Part shown: positions 40,030 through 52,920 of the stretch, one piece after another
How the letters are laid out: every line of letters begins with the position of its first letter
How positions within the stretch are numbered: the stretch's first letter is position 1
From: Callorhinchus milii
Lineage: Eukaryota
Reading direction: 5' to 3'
Assembly (NCBI RefSeq): GCF_018977255.1
Contig: NW_024704746.1
Location: 29,264,001-29,328,000, forward strand
DNA: 64,000 nt
Translations under genes and position numbers: made by a program
Notes under the pieces: model-generated
The model's input: the letters and a program-made list of their open reading frames with translations, nothing else
Databases searched by the model: none
Told to the model about the DNA's origin: nothing

Positions 40030-40400
40030 CTACATCGTTTCACCCACAAAATGCAAGGTCAGTTCACTTTGCAGTATATTCTGTGAAGCGCTTTCAGACG
40101 TCTCGAAGACGTGATAAGGCGCTGTATCAAAAGCAAGTTTTATTATTATTATTAGTAGTAGTAGTAGTGTTGTTGTTATCAGGGAGCAAGTAAAAAACAT
40201 ATTACCTAATGCCATTGGTGTTTCAATTTCTGAAAAGTGTTTTTTTTTCTGTGATTTGAAAGCATATTTGGGAGGCTTTATAATGATATAATAATAATAA
40301 TCCTTGCATTTGATACAGCGCCTCATCACGTCTTCGAGACGCCTCAATGCGATTCACAGAATATTTTGTAAAGCGAATTGACTGTATATTTTGTGGGCGA
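40030..40400. mobile_element. Two SINE 3' fragments tail-to-tail (+ 40030-40160; - 40290-40400)
   Basis: Both carry the GACGTCTCGAAGACGTGAT-type stem-loop. Confidence 0.88.
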
Positions 40401-41705
40401 TACTCTAACTGTTAGCGTGGGCTGATCTCAGGATGCCTTACATTTCATAGGCAGAGATAGATCCAAAGGCATTGTTGCTATTGAGTTTATTCATTCTGAA
40501 AGATGAGTCTGTGGCAGATGACAAATCTAGTCTCAAAAAGTGACAAATCTAGAGGCAATAATAATACAAAAGAAATTCAATAACAGTGTTCAACAATGCC
40601 TCTACTCACCAACCCCTTCCTGCCTCCCCCCACTCTTGCTCTGTGTCTGACCCCCATCATTGTGAAATTCTCTGAGTTATTATATGTGAAGGGTTGTTAT
40701 ATCAATACAAATTGTTATCGTTGTTGGTTGGGATGATTTGCCACAAAGGTACATTATAAATATATTCTGTAAAGCGCTTTAAGACGTCCCAACGACGCGA
40801 TAAGACGCTATATCAAATGCAAGGTTTTTTTTTAAAAAAGGGAGTATTATTTAAAACATTAGAATGTACTGCTTCTAATTTCAATGCATTTTTTCTCTTC
40901 CTTTTCAGTTCTCAGTTTTCCCCTCCACCAGCAAAGAGGGCAGTAGAGGATCTGCAAACGAGCCTTTTTTGATGTCTCCGTTCGACTGATCAGCTCCCCC
41001 ACTAATTGTTCCCTATTCAGTGTGCAATCGCAGCATTCTGTTCTACCTCATTTTCTCCAGCAGGCGTGTTTGAGATTTGCAGCTCACCATGTGGGAAATT
41101 GCAGCCATCAACCAATAATAATAATCCTTGCATTTGATACAGCACCTTAACTCTTCATTGGGACATCTCAAAGCGCTTCACATAATATTAATACGAAATA
41201 ACAATGATTTAACAGAATTGGCAGATTGGAACTCTAACTCTTTTTTTAACATTGTGATTTTTTATGTTTCTATTCTATTTTTATTGTAAATAATGTTCTA
41301 ACTACATTTTTGGATTATTTTTGCATTTTTCACTGTATACTTAGATATATATCTCCTCGCTTGTTTATTTTTCCTGCGTCCAATGTTACATTTTTCCTTC
41401 AGCACTGACTCTAGTACAAGTGGAGTAAGTAAAATAAAGGCTTCTCATTTCACAGAGTCCTGTCATTTGACTGAATTCAAAATCATGAGCCAAGTTACTG
41501 AGTAACAATGATTTATCTCCTTAGGACTGCTCGCTGCATAGTATTTGTATAGAATTTACACTGTGTGTAAACTAGTGAGACTCAAGTATATAATTGATCC
41601 CACATGTTTCAGTTGTAAGATTCGTCTTGGTATATTTTTAGTAACTATTTATCTTGCTTTTGGTTCACTGAAACATAATGAAATGTATTCTGCTTAAAAA
41701 GAGTT

Positions 41706-41900
41706 GTGGAGTCCTGTAGCGTATTGGTTAGAGAGGACCTGGGTTCGATTCCCAGGCAATGCAAAACCTTAGCTATTGGCCGCAACATTTCGCCCACAAA
41801 ACATACAGTCAATTCACTTTACAGTATACTCTGTGAAGCTTTTTGAGACATCTGTAATGTGCTATATCACATGCAAGGATTATTATTAATATTATTATTA
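41706..41900 (+). mobile_element. Internally deleted short SINE
   Basis: Head and tail present; anticodon arm and central domain missing. Confidence 0.85.
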
Positions 41901-44900
41901 TTCAGAAGCTCTTACAGGAAGGTGGACCCACTTCAATTGTGTCATGTGAGCAAAATCACATTGTACATCAGTAAGTATACAGACCACATCTGCTGACTTG
42001 GAAGCTGAAGGCATATGCCAATCTGCCAGATGGAAGAACAGCTTGCTCTCAGAGCAAGTAAATAACATTGCTATTGTAATGCCGCCCGCGCACAAGTTAT
42101 ATTGCAATTACATACTGAGAAAATATTAAACGTGAGTTAAATCAAACTAAAAAAAATAGCATTTGCCTAACGCGGTTCAATAATATATGTTGCATTTTTA
42201 CACTCAGACATTGTTCCAAAAAAATGACTACCATTATTTTAATCTTTGCTCTAACTTCTAATGAAATAAAGGCACCTGCGCACAGTGCAATCACACCGTA
42301 ACTTAAGAAGTGTACCACTGAATCTAAAACAAGTTGGGAGCGTATTGATTTACAATATTGGACAGGGCCTGAAATTGATACGTAGCTTAGCAGCATTGAT
42401 GTCAAAGCACTGAACATACATAACTACTTCCCTGGTTTCGACTCAAAGCTGAACTTGAAAGGAACCACAGGGCACTGTCATCACCTGTCTCCGCCATTAA
42501 ACTCCAATACTATTATTGTTCCCTTGAATAAATTTTCCATGGTCAGGTTTTTGAAGCGCCTTTCAGCTTGGCACTCATTTGTCTGCAAGCAATTGTTTGA
42601 TTCTTAATAATCCATTAAGTATCTCATAACCAACAAACACCTGGAAATTGATATATCTTCATTTGAAACGCCACTTATCTAAGATATTGCAAAATTACTT
42701 TTTAAAATCTTAATGAAAACACCCTTCTTTTTTCAGCTCTTCGGTTATTCTTATAATAATCCTAGCATTTTTATAAGCGCTTCACAGCATATACTGTGAT
42801 GTGGATTGCCTGTATATTTTGTGGGTGAAACGCAACAGCCAATTGCGCCCAGCAGTGTCCCACAAACATTATCCTTTAATTACAATCCATTTCACCGGAT
42901 TAATGGTGAGTTTATACTGATCAAAATAATACCACGCTGTATCTGTTGCCACTGCAGTTCAGAGCAGGAAACCTGATTTATATTTCCTGCTCTGAATTGC
43001 TTTTGCTAGAGAGGAGAACTGTGGGCGTGTGCAATCAGAGTTAGGATTTAGCGTTCACAAAATTGGTTGGATCTTACTATGAAGGGCTGTATTGTGGTAC
43101 AGGTTATTTGAGACCCAGTTTGCTGTTCCAGCCAGCACTACATTTCTCACCACCACTACCTCTTCTCTGTAGTTTTCAGTGCCTCACCCTGTGCTTGCTA
43201 ATCAAGACCAACATCTGCTTCGTGTTGCTTTGGTTGTGTCTTTGCTTCGAACAGGGAAGCTGGTGGATCAAGCCCAGTTGTGTGTATTCTTCTCAGGTGC
43301 AGTGTCCATTGCTCTGTGAAAAAAGTCGATGATATATTATCATTACATGTACACGTATATCCTTTTGGGTATCGCATCGCTGTGCTGAACTGCCCTGATA
43401 CTACCGCAACGCTGGCAAAAGATGTGATATGATGCACTTGTGCAATTCACGTAATATCTTAACAAAAAGGTACACACTGATCCAGAATATTCCAAACTCT
43501 TCCCTCCTGAATAAACTCACCAGTTTCTCTGTGTTCACTTTCTCGGTGTTCACTGGGATTCACTGACTGTTAGCCTCTGCATCCCTTCGTTTTGTGCTGG
43601 TTTTGACTTTAAACATAGAAACTATCCATATTAAGACATTGTGATGTGTCCCTTAGAAATTCCTTCTTGTGGTACGTTTATTCATCCATCCACAAACCCT
43701 TCTATTTACACTTCATTTATCTTGCTTGCTACAACAGGCATCTATTATTCTGTCAGAATATCTGAAATTCATGTTTCTTTTATAAATGCAACATCCACAA
43801 TGTACATGCGTATGCTTTGTTCTATTAATGTTTTACCTTTTTTTTTCAAACCATTCATTTTCTGCCAGACCTTCTGCCACGTCCTCCAAAACAGCTTGGC
43901 ACGACCCCTCACACATGGTGTCCCATGTCCCGCTTTCTTTCTTTACTGATCCACATCACTGGTCACAGGGCCTCGCCACATTCATCCATCATCGCCCATT
44001 TTGTTGCTCTCATTGAGTCGCTTTTGCTTGAGTGCCACACACCACCGTTTATAGAGGGCAAGTCAAAAGTTATTAGCTGACTCGGAAGCATAAATGCTCA
44101 TTCTTGCAGGTACATCATGATTTACTAGTTTCATCACTAAAGTCAATTGTCTTAACACCTTAACTGTCCTGTGGCACTGAAACATGCTCAGACTCACTCG
44201 GTGCTTAGATACGTTGGTGCACTGCAGATTTTTGTAAGGAAAAACGTCAATATGAGAAAGGGTCATGCAGCCTATCCAGATGATTCTAGCCACTTATGTC
44301 CATGCACAGAGCTGAATTCAAACCATTTCATAAAAACACATGAACAGCTAGTTCTATATATAGTGGTGCTATACTACAGCCTTTTCTGTGCTGTTACGTT
44401 GGTAATCTACCAAGAGCACACAGCTGCGAAAAAGCATACGTGTCAACTCTTATGGATGTTAAATAATGCAGACATCGGGAATATTTATTGCAGAGCAAGG
44501 TTATTCTCTGCATTCAGCTGCACATCAAAAAAAATGTATTTATTTCAGCAACTGCAAGTGTGGCAAGTGTTTCAAAGAACAATCTCTTCTGTACTGTCCC
44601 TGATTTAGGTGGGAGTGACCTCATCTTTGGGTCCAAAGTTGGTGGGTTCAAGCCTCCACATTGGGACTTGAGTTCCTAGTCTGGGTTGACACTACAGCAC
44701 AATACTGGGGGAATGCTACACTGTTGGTGAACCACCAAAACATTTACCTTCGCCTACTCAGATTGTACAAGCTAAAATTGCTGAAGTCAGGTTATAACAT
44801 GAACTAGATTAAACCTGGCAATATTAGAGGTGGTGAGATTTGAAAAATGAGAAATCAAGGTGTTTATTTCAAAATCTTAACATTGAATGTTTCGGTTGTA

Positions 44901-45269
44901 CACTTTCATCATCATTATTAACAAATGGATAATGGTTTTGGCATCAAATATCACTCAACATTTTGCAGGTTATTTTACTGCTTGAAAGATTTGCTATGTG
45001 TCAGATCACAAGACATGAGAAGATGCGAATGGAATTGAAGCTGCACAAACTATAGAGCGCATTTATCTACAACCTATTTCTCTGTAAACACAAAAAAAAA
45101 TAATTCTGTCTTTAGATTTCACGTGTTTTGCAGTATCTTATTTTTTTACAGCACCCTCTCACACTGATAGAGCTAGAACTGTACAGTGGAGTAGAAAATT
45201 TGGCCAATTGCCACGATATTCTCTAAAAATGACTCAGTGTTGCAAATAGGGAATACCTTCAGTAACTAT

Positions 45270-45545
45270 AACAATAACAACAAAATATTACATTTGTATA
45301 GTGCCTTTCACGTCAGGAGGACGTCCCAAGGCATTGGACTGTCAGGGATTGGGACCCGAGCTGGTGGTTGGGATCAGGAGGGGTTGAGGGCGGGGAGGGG
45401 AGGGGTAGAAGGGTGACTCAAGGCACGGTCGAAGAGGAGGGCCTTGTGAACGGCCTTGAAGGAGGCAAAGAGGGGTTGGGGGTGGGGGATGAGGGGGCGA
45501 TAATATAGGTGTGTAATGGTTGGGGAGCCTGAGGCCTTCAAGCTC
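45270..45545 (-). mobile_element. L2 LINE 3' fragment
   Basis: FASFKAVHKALLFDRA plus the stem-loop tail. Confidence 0.85.
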
Positions 45546-46349
45546 TGCGTTATTGTCTTCAGAGGGCAGATTGACAGTCTCCACCAAAACATAAATTATA
45601 GCCAATACAACTTCTAGAATGTTCACACGTTGTGTGCAACATTTCAAGAGCAAATAGGAAAGGAAATTAAAAATATGGACATTTTGAAAGTTAATTTTTC
45701 AGGGCTTTTTTTTTTACATTAGATACCCTACTTGATATAATGCATTTCATTTGATCCATTTGATCTAACGGCAAATATAGAATGAGAATGTTTTTTCATA
45801 AAGCAATCTCTGTAGTAATGAACCTTCTAATATACCCAATGACTGAATAATTACTGCAAACGTAACTAAGGAAATTAATAATTCTCACATATTTATATAC
45901 TGATATAACAGTAATAATAACATAATAATAATTCTTCGATTTGATATAGTGCCTGCAAACACTGCTATACAGCAGGGTGTACATGTGAACATCTTTAATA
46001 TATATCACAATATATATGTTGATACTGTAAGGTTCTTGCCAAAATATGGAAGCTGTTGTAAATGTATTATAAATTTCTTTACCAACTATTAAACCAACTA
46101 CCAATATTATTTCTATCTTCATCAAATTGCACAAAAACAAGAGCCAAACAGTATTATTCTCTATTATGAACCCCCCACCCACCCTTCACCCCCTCCGACT
46201 GCCCCGTGAAAATCAAACCAAACCATAATGTTGGTAAAACTGAACCTGGAAAAGGCAAGAATCATTATATTTCACTAAAAAATTCCAACATATTCTGGAA
46301 TGTATTCCAAGGAAGCAACAAGGAGGTTGGAATAAATTGTAAATAAATA

Positions 46350-46522
46350 AGAATAATAATGCTCGTGTTTGATTTGGCGCCTTATCATGTTGTTAGGACA
46401 TCGCAAAGCACTTCGCAGACAAATTGTAAAGTGTATTGACTGCATATCTTGTGGGCAAAACGCAACAGCCAATTGCACACAGCAGTGTCCCACAAACAGT
46501 CGTGGATTAAGGTGACCACATT
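46350..46522 (-). mobile_element. SINE 3' fragment
   Basis: CAGCCAATTGCACACAGCAGTGTCCCACAAACAGTCGTGGATT. Confidence 0.85.
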
Positions 46523-46859
46523 TTTAAAACTGTTCAAATGGTCGGTTGTTAAAATCATCTCAAGAGGGCATTTTGTCATTAATTCATCAAATGAAACAAG
46601 TATGCTCAAGGCAATTAAGAAAATTAAAAGGTGAAAAAATGCACTTCACAGAGAAGGGGGTAGGTGATCTTTGGGCTGGGTAGAAGATGATTTAGAAATA
46701 GGTCAAAAAAGAGAATAGATGTGCCAAGATACAAATCAAAAGAAGCATTAACAATAGGTTGCTTAGTCATTGAATGCTGTTTGTGGCACACTACTGCACG
46801 ACAATTGGATGCCATATTTCCCCTACAATTTCAGGAAATTTACTGGACTAAATGAACTG

Positions 46860-47127
46860 TACTTCAAGGTACTTAAGAGGGATAAGGGAAGAGATTTTTA
46901 GAAGCACTTACAATCATTTTACAGATGTCAACAAAGACTGGAGAGGTTCCAACAGACGAGTAAGAGGAAAATATAATTCCTGCATTCATGAAGGGTGAAA
47001 AATCAGTTACAGAACCATTAGCTTGACCACAATGATCGAATAACTAATACAATCAATAATCTTAAGAAAATGGAAAAGTACCTACGTGAAATTAGTCTTA
47101 TGAAATTCAACTAACACAGCTTCACAA
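46860..47127 (+). mobile_element. Decayed CR1 ORF2 fragment (start of RT)
   Basis: EILEALTIILQMSTKTGEVPTD*...SYRTISLT resembles CR1 PLTIIF..SL.TGEVP.DW...NYRPVSLT. Confidence 0.75.
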
Positions 47128-49356
47128 GTTTACGAGGTCCATTCAGGTGAAAAGGGAAATTGAACCATGTAAATTATTCCATTGACCAGACTTCAAACAC
47201 CCATCCTGGCAACCTTTCTCAGTTGTTGATTACTCAGTGCAATCCAGATTGTAACAACTCTCTGAGTAAAAAAAATTCTCCTCGTCTCCCCTCTGGTTCT
47301 TTTGCCAATTATCTTAAATCAGTGTCCTCCGGTTACTGTGATTGACACCTATTTAGAAGTTATATATTACTTCTAATGAACATATCAAAATAATTTACTT
47401 GAACGTCAGTGTTCTAAGTGGTTACTTGAACTTCTGTGGCACATATTTCTGCCACTGCAAGTAATTCACTGCATCAGCCATGAATTTCTTGAATGAATAT
47501 ACGCAGAGTTATGTTACAGTGACCAAAACTGCACGTGGTATTTCATTTAAGAAATAGTTTGGCACTGTAAAGAGAAGAGTGGATATTCAGGAAGAATCAG
47601 ATTAAATGGGCTCTAAAATCTTTCTCGAATGAACTTCTTGTCAATGATATCTTGTACCAATGCCTTGCATTGCATTTTGTTTCCATTCAAGGAATAAAAT
47701 ATATGGCTCCATATTCTTATGAATGAAGTGCTGGCAGTTAGTGCATTGCAGGATTTGTCGACTGCACAAAATGTGTGCATTACACTTTTTAAATTGTTTT
47801 CCTAAGTCTAGTTTACAGCACAGAAGAAGGTTATTCGGCCCATCGTGTCTCAGCTAGCTCATTCGGGAGATAAATCAGTAAATAGTTTTATACGGTTGTC
47901 TCTTCCTCACAGCAGTGGACTGAAATCATGCAGATTTTGGCTCATCAAATGCTTTCACCACCCACACATGACACCATCAGTCTGCCCCTCAAGGATATTT
48001 AGATCATTTCCAATATTTCCAAAGTTCCTGCCTGTAAATTGCAAGAGTGGTCTAACTACTGCTTTCACAATAACTGTGCCTTGAATATGCAGGAAAGTAC
48101 ATCTACACACCTCCAACATATCACACGTAACAGTGAACAGTCTTGAAATGTGAAACCAGAGACTGAAAGTTCAACTGCATAGAAATATATTGTGTGAATG
48201 TAAAAGTTAACCTTGTGGAACAATTCTAAGTTTCCTTGTTAAGGAATCACATTAGAAATCGCCATCAGGCCATCACTACCTCGAGGTAATCCTTTAAACT
48301 TGCCAGCCGCTCTTTTCGAATTGCAATACATATGTTTTGCAAATTTTTGAAAATATACAGTGGGATTCAAGTCAATTTAGAAATGAAACTCTTAAGGGCT
48401 ATGACCTGAAGTAGCATTTGGATTATACGTGATCTGCTGCTGATAAGTACACAAGACATGTGCCCCAGAGAAGATAGCCATTGTTGTGAGCTGAAAGGTG
48501 CTTTTCATATTTAAGTGCTCACTCCATGGCACTTGATGTTCAACCATGCACTTTCTCTGTCCCCAATCCATGTTGCACATCATCCCGTAATAAACACCAT
48601 CCCACCAAGTAATATAGAACAACTACGTTTCTGAGATGATCTCTGGGAGTTCACTCTCATTGCGGGACAGTAATCCTGGACAGTAGTAAATGCTGAAGAG
48701 AATAACACAAGACATACATTTTATTTTTCTTAAATAATACCCTAGTATTTTTTATTTTTTAAATCTATCTTGCCGTTCGCTTGTTTTCTACCGTGCCATG
48801 CACTGAAAGAAACTCCAAAAATTCACCGAATGAATACGAAAGAATGTCCGATTGAGCAAGAACAGACCAAACATAAGGAATTAGACCAGACCAAAAGTAA
48901 GTAATTCTGTAATTGGCTCTCTGTAACTTGCTACAGCATGCACTAATTATGTGGACAAATGGTCCATTAATAAGACATTCGTTCTCCCTGTGTTCATAAT
49001 CTATGATTCTTTTTCGTCCTGTCACCTATTAACTCCCGCTCAACCATCTGCTGTCCTGTGACAGATGTCTCTGTGTGATTGACAGCTTAGGGTGAACTCA
49101 CAAACTGTGATTGGGTGCTTCCGATCAGACCAAACGTAGCAAAGGGCTCTGTAGCCGTAACTTCCTAAAATTGTACAGGAAGGAAGACTCTCCTACTGAC
49201 ACAAATCTTCTAACCTGTTCCTAACCGTGGGATGGGTTTGTGGCAATTATCAAACAGGTGTGATAGAAGATGAACCTAATTACAATATGAAATGTTAATA
49301 TCCAGCAGATAAACTCCATGGACTACTTGGGCTGAATGGCCTATTTCAGTGCTATA

Positions 49357-49613
49357 GAAGAGAGAAATTCCACTTGGGTCTAAATTTACTCTATTTTCAT
49401 AGCATTTCAAAGCCTTAGAATTTTGAAAATTCTTAAATACAGTCAAAAAATACAGTTAAATACACAAAAAATTGTGAAGCTGGCTTTCTGTCAGCTCTTT
49501 CAAGCAACTACTGGCTTCTGTGTTAAGACCCGATTCCAAATTTTCCAAATTCTATGCATCATAAAATGCTAAGGAAATAGAGTAAATCTAGACTTAGGTG
49601 GAATTTCTCCCCC
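49357..49613. mobile_element. MITE-like element with ~70-bp imperfect TIRs and TA target duplication
   Basis: Arms 49362-49431 and 49539-49609 are inverted; the element sits in a CR1 3' tail at a TA. Confidence 0.75.
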
Positions 49614-49629
49614 TAGATTCCATGAAATT

Positions 49630-49830
49630 CTCCTCTCCGACCTCCTCACTCCCCAATCCACCACCTCCGCTCAACTGGCACCGGCCTCCTGCTCATCTCT
49701 AACACCCTCTGCCCCACCATCGGAGGTCACACTTTCAGCCACTACACCCCGAAACTGTGGAACACTCTGACTCGGTCCCTTTGCCTTGCCCTCTCTCTTC
49801 CCTTTTTCAAGGTGCAAGTTGTTATCGTTG
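49630..49830 (+). mobile_element. L2 LINE 3' fragment (old)
   Basis: CCCCACCATCGGAGGTCACACTTTCAGCC...CTGTGGAAC. Confidence 0.75.
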
Positions 49831-50157
49831 TAACTCGATCTAAAGCATCAAATGTGTTCTTCAGCACATTCAGCATTTCAGAAAGTTGATTAGGGTGCAG
49901 GTTTTGTTAAGAAATCTGTTTATTTCTTAGTTATTTTCAAAGTAAATTGGACTCCTATGAATACACACGAAATACAAGTAGTGAAAGGTGATACAAAAAG
50001 ACCTGAATGACTAACTGGCCATTTTCTACCTCGTAGTTTAATGAAGAATTAGTGCAAATAACCAGTTGCACTTAATACTTTGAAGCAGATTACATTGTAT
50101 GCAAAGGTAACCCATCAGATGCTCTTCCACAGTCAATATTTGCAATTTGCAAGCATG

Positions 50158-50479
50158 GTGGAGTCCTGTAGCTCAGTGGTTACAGCACTCGCCTCACAAG
50201 CAAGAGACCTGGGTTTGATTCCCGTCAGGGCGAAACCTTGGACAAGTTTCCTTACTCCACACACCTGATAATAATCCCTCAAGAGAGAAAAAAATAATAA
50301 TAATAATTTGGTCACTCAATCCACGATTGTTTGTGGGACACTGCTGTGGGCAATTGGCTGCCACGTTTCGCCACAAATATATAGTCAATTCACTTTACAA
50401 TATATTCTGTGAAGGGCTTTGAGACGTCTAGAAGATATGAAAAGCGCTATCAAAATGCAAGGATTATTATTATTATTAT
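50158..50479 (+). mobile_element. Full-length SINE (mixed A/B features)
   Basis: tRNA head through ATT tail; no extra central segment but a B-type loop. Confidence 0.92.
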
Positions 50480-51334
50480 CACCAATTCCACCTGTTTTGC
50501 AGCGACTCAGTCACAAATGTGAAATGCAATAAACTCCTAATAACTTGTCCCTGGCTTAACTTATCAACTATAACTTAAGTCACCGTACTATCAATATCCC
50601 GGCTGCATTTATTTATGTGTTTATACAAATGCGAATAATGCGTCACTGAGCCCTTTTCCCTGGAGTGACGAATAATCAGGAGTTTACTATATTTGCAAGG
50701 GCAAAGTTTGAACTTATCTGATTACGATCCTATGCACTTGACGTGCATGTACTTGACACTTTATGTCCTGAAAATCTGGATGTGCCTCTCCTTTTAGCCA
50801 AGTTTTCAAAGCTTGAGTTTAAAAGAATAAACAGTCACTCACTCCAGTGTAGAAAATAATTTGAGAGTTTGTAGGCACAGGCCATATCTAAAATGCAGAT
50901 AAAATAAATAATACTGATGCTCAGATTACCCATGATAAACACATATTTCTGCACTTAGCAAACACAGCAGAATATCCTCGCAATTATCGGAAGAATATAA
51001 GTGTTCTAATGTCTTTGTACCTCAGTGACAGACTGGAACAAAGGTAAACACCGTTCATTTTGAGTTTCATTTTCAGCAGAAAACAAGAAAGCAACTGGCA
51101 GCCTCATCTATTGCCATACGTTGTAGAACGAGAGCGTTTTATTCAGCAGTGTAATGCTTTCTACATTGTAAAATATTGAATAACTTGGCAAAAAAATCAA
51201 AGCAACCAAGCTGGCTGGCTGTGGCTCCACACCCAAAATTAATTTAGTGCAACTGCTAATTTGCTACAAAAGCAAATTAGCAGCTGTGGTATATATAAAA
51301 TTATATATATATAATAATCCTTTCAATGCCCTCA

Positions 51335-51535
51335 CAATAATACTAATAATAATCCGCGCATCTGATATAGCACCTTATCACCTCTTCAAGATGTCTCAAA
51401 TCGCTTCACAGAATATATTGTAAAGTGAATTGACCGTATATTTTGTGGGCGAAACGCGGCAGCCAATTGCTCTGAGCAGTGTCCCACAAGCAGTCGTGGA
51501 TTGAGTGACCAAATTATTGTTATTATTATTATTTT
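51335..51535 (-). mobile_element. SINE 3' half (subfamily B)
   Basis: Tail and central domain. Confidence 0.88.
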
Positions 51536-52100
51536 TCTACACAACTGACGATATGGGATCCTCTGCAACTACCAGGCGAGTATGTTAGTCTGACATCATA
51601 TACACTGTAATCTGCAGTGTTGCACTGCAGCAATGATCATCAACCAATCTTGCAGACTTTTGTCAGCTTCACAAAACAAAGCTCAGGGCCACAATTTGTT
51701 CAAGGCAGAACGGGCAGATTTACAATAAAAAAAACTGTAAGGGGAATTCCTATATTAATTCTGACTTCTTACAAACAAAGATAGTTGTTCTTCCAAATAC
51801 AGTACAGTGTTTTTCTTATTGGTTTTCTCTTGTTAGCAGAGAAAACAAAAGGTTGCCTTTTTTTGGGAGAAATTGCTACATGTTAATTTGTGAGGTGGTC
51901 GTACTGAGTAGCTGATCGATGTCTATGAACGCAATAAATATAAGGAATTAAATGGAAGCAGTGCATAGACTGAATTGCTAATACAGATACTTGTTCAGAA
52001 TAACATAAGCAGGAATGGTATGAAAATTAATTTGAGACCTCCATCCCCAGCTGTAAACCATTACCAAACCATTATAAGTATTCATTATAAAATGGTTACA

Positions 52101-52920
52101 ACAACAACAAGATTCCATTTATAGAGCGCCTTTCAAGTCGGGAGGACGTCCCAAGGCGCTGTACAGTTGGGTCAGGACCCGAGCAGGGGGGAAATGGTCA
52201 GGGTGAGGGGAGGGAAGGGAGGGAGCGAGGAGGGGGAGAGAGTCGAGAGGGGAGCTGAAGGCTCGGTCAAAGAGAAAGGCCTTGAGACCGGCCTTGAAGG
52301 AGGAAAGGGAGGAAGCGGCGAAGGCACTGGGGATAGAGTTCCAGAGCCTCGGGGCTGAGAGGCTGAAGGCCCGACCACCGATGGTAGGGCGGTTGGGGCG
52401 GGGGATGTGGAGCAGACCAGAGCCAGAGGAACGGAGGGTACGGACAGGTAGGGAGGGGGATAGTAAGTCAGAGAGATAGGAGGGAGCGAGGCCGTGAATG
52501 GCCTTGTAGGTGAGGATGAGGATCTTGAATTCAATCCTCTGGGGGATGGGGAGCCAGTGGAGGCGAGCGAGGGTGGGAGTGATGTGGTCGCGGTGTCTGG
52601 TGCGGGACAGTACACGAGCTGCAGAGTTCTGAATGACCTGCAGTGTGGAGGGAGGGCCGGGAAGGCCGACGAGGAGAGAGTTCCCATAGTCCAGCCTTGA
52701 GGTGATAAAGGCGTGGACCAGGGTTTCAGCCGCGTGAGGGGTGAGGTAGTGCCGTAGTCTGGCGATATTCCGGAGGTGATGGAAGGCGATGCCAGTTGTG
52801 CCGTGGATATGAGGGAGAAAGGACAGCTCAGGGTCGAACAGAACACCGAGGTTCCTGACCGGCTTTGAGAGGTGGAGAGTGCAGCCTTGGATGCTGATGC
52901 TGTCAGCGCCTGAGGTGCAT
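52101..52920 (-). mobile_element. Young 5'-truncated L2 LINE, ORF2 C-terminal part still open
   Basis: VRNLGVLFDPELSF, ETLVHAFITSRLDYGNSLL, HITPTLARLHWLP and GGRAFS..APRLWNS; (TTG)n tail; flanking GTTACA at 52095 and 52921. Confidence 0.95.

Noticed and set aside
40921-40950. CTCF-like motif (AGAGGGCAG)
   Set aside because: The 5' half fits the consensus poorly.
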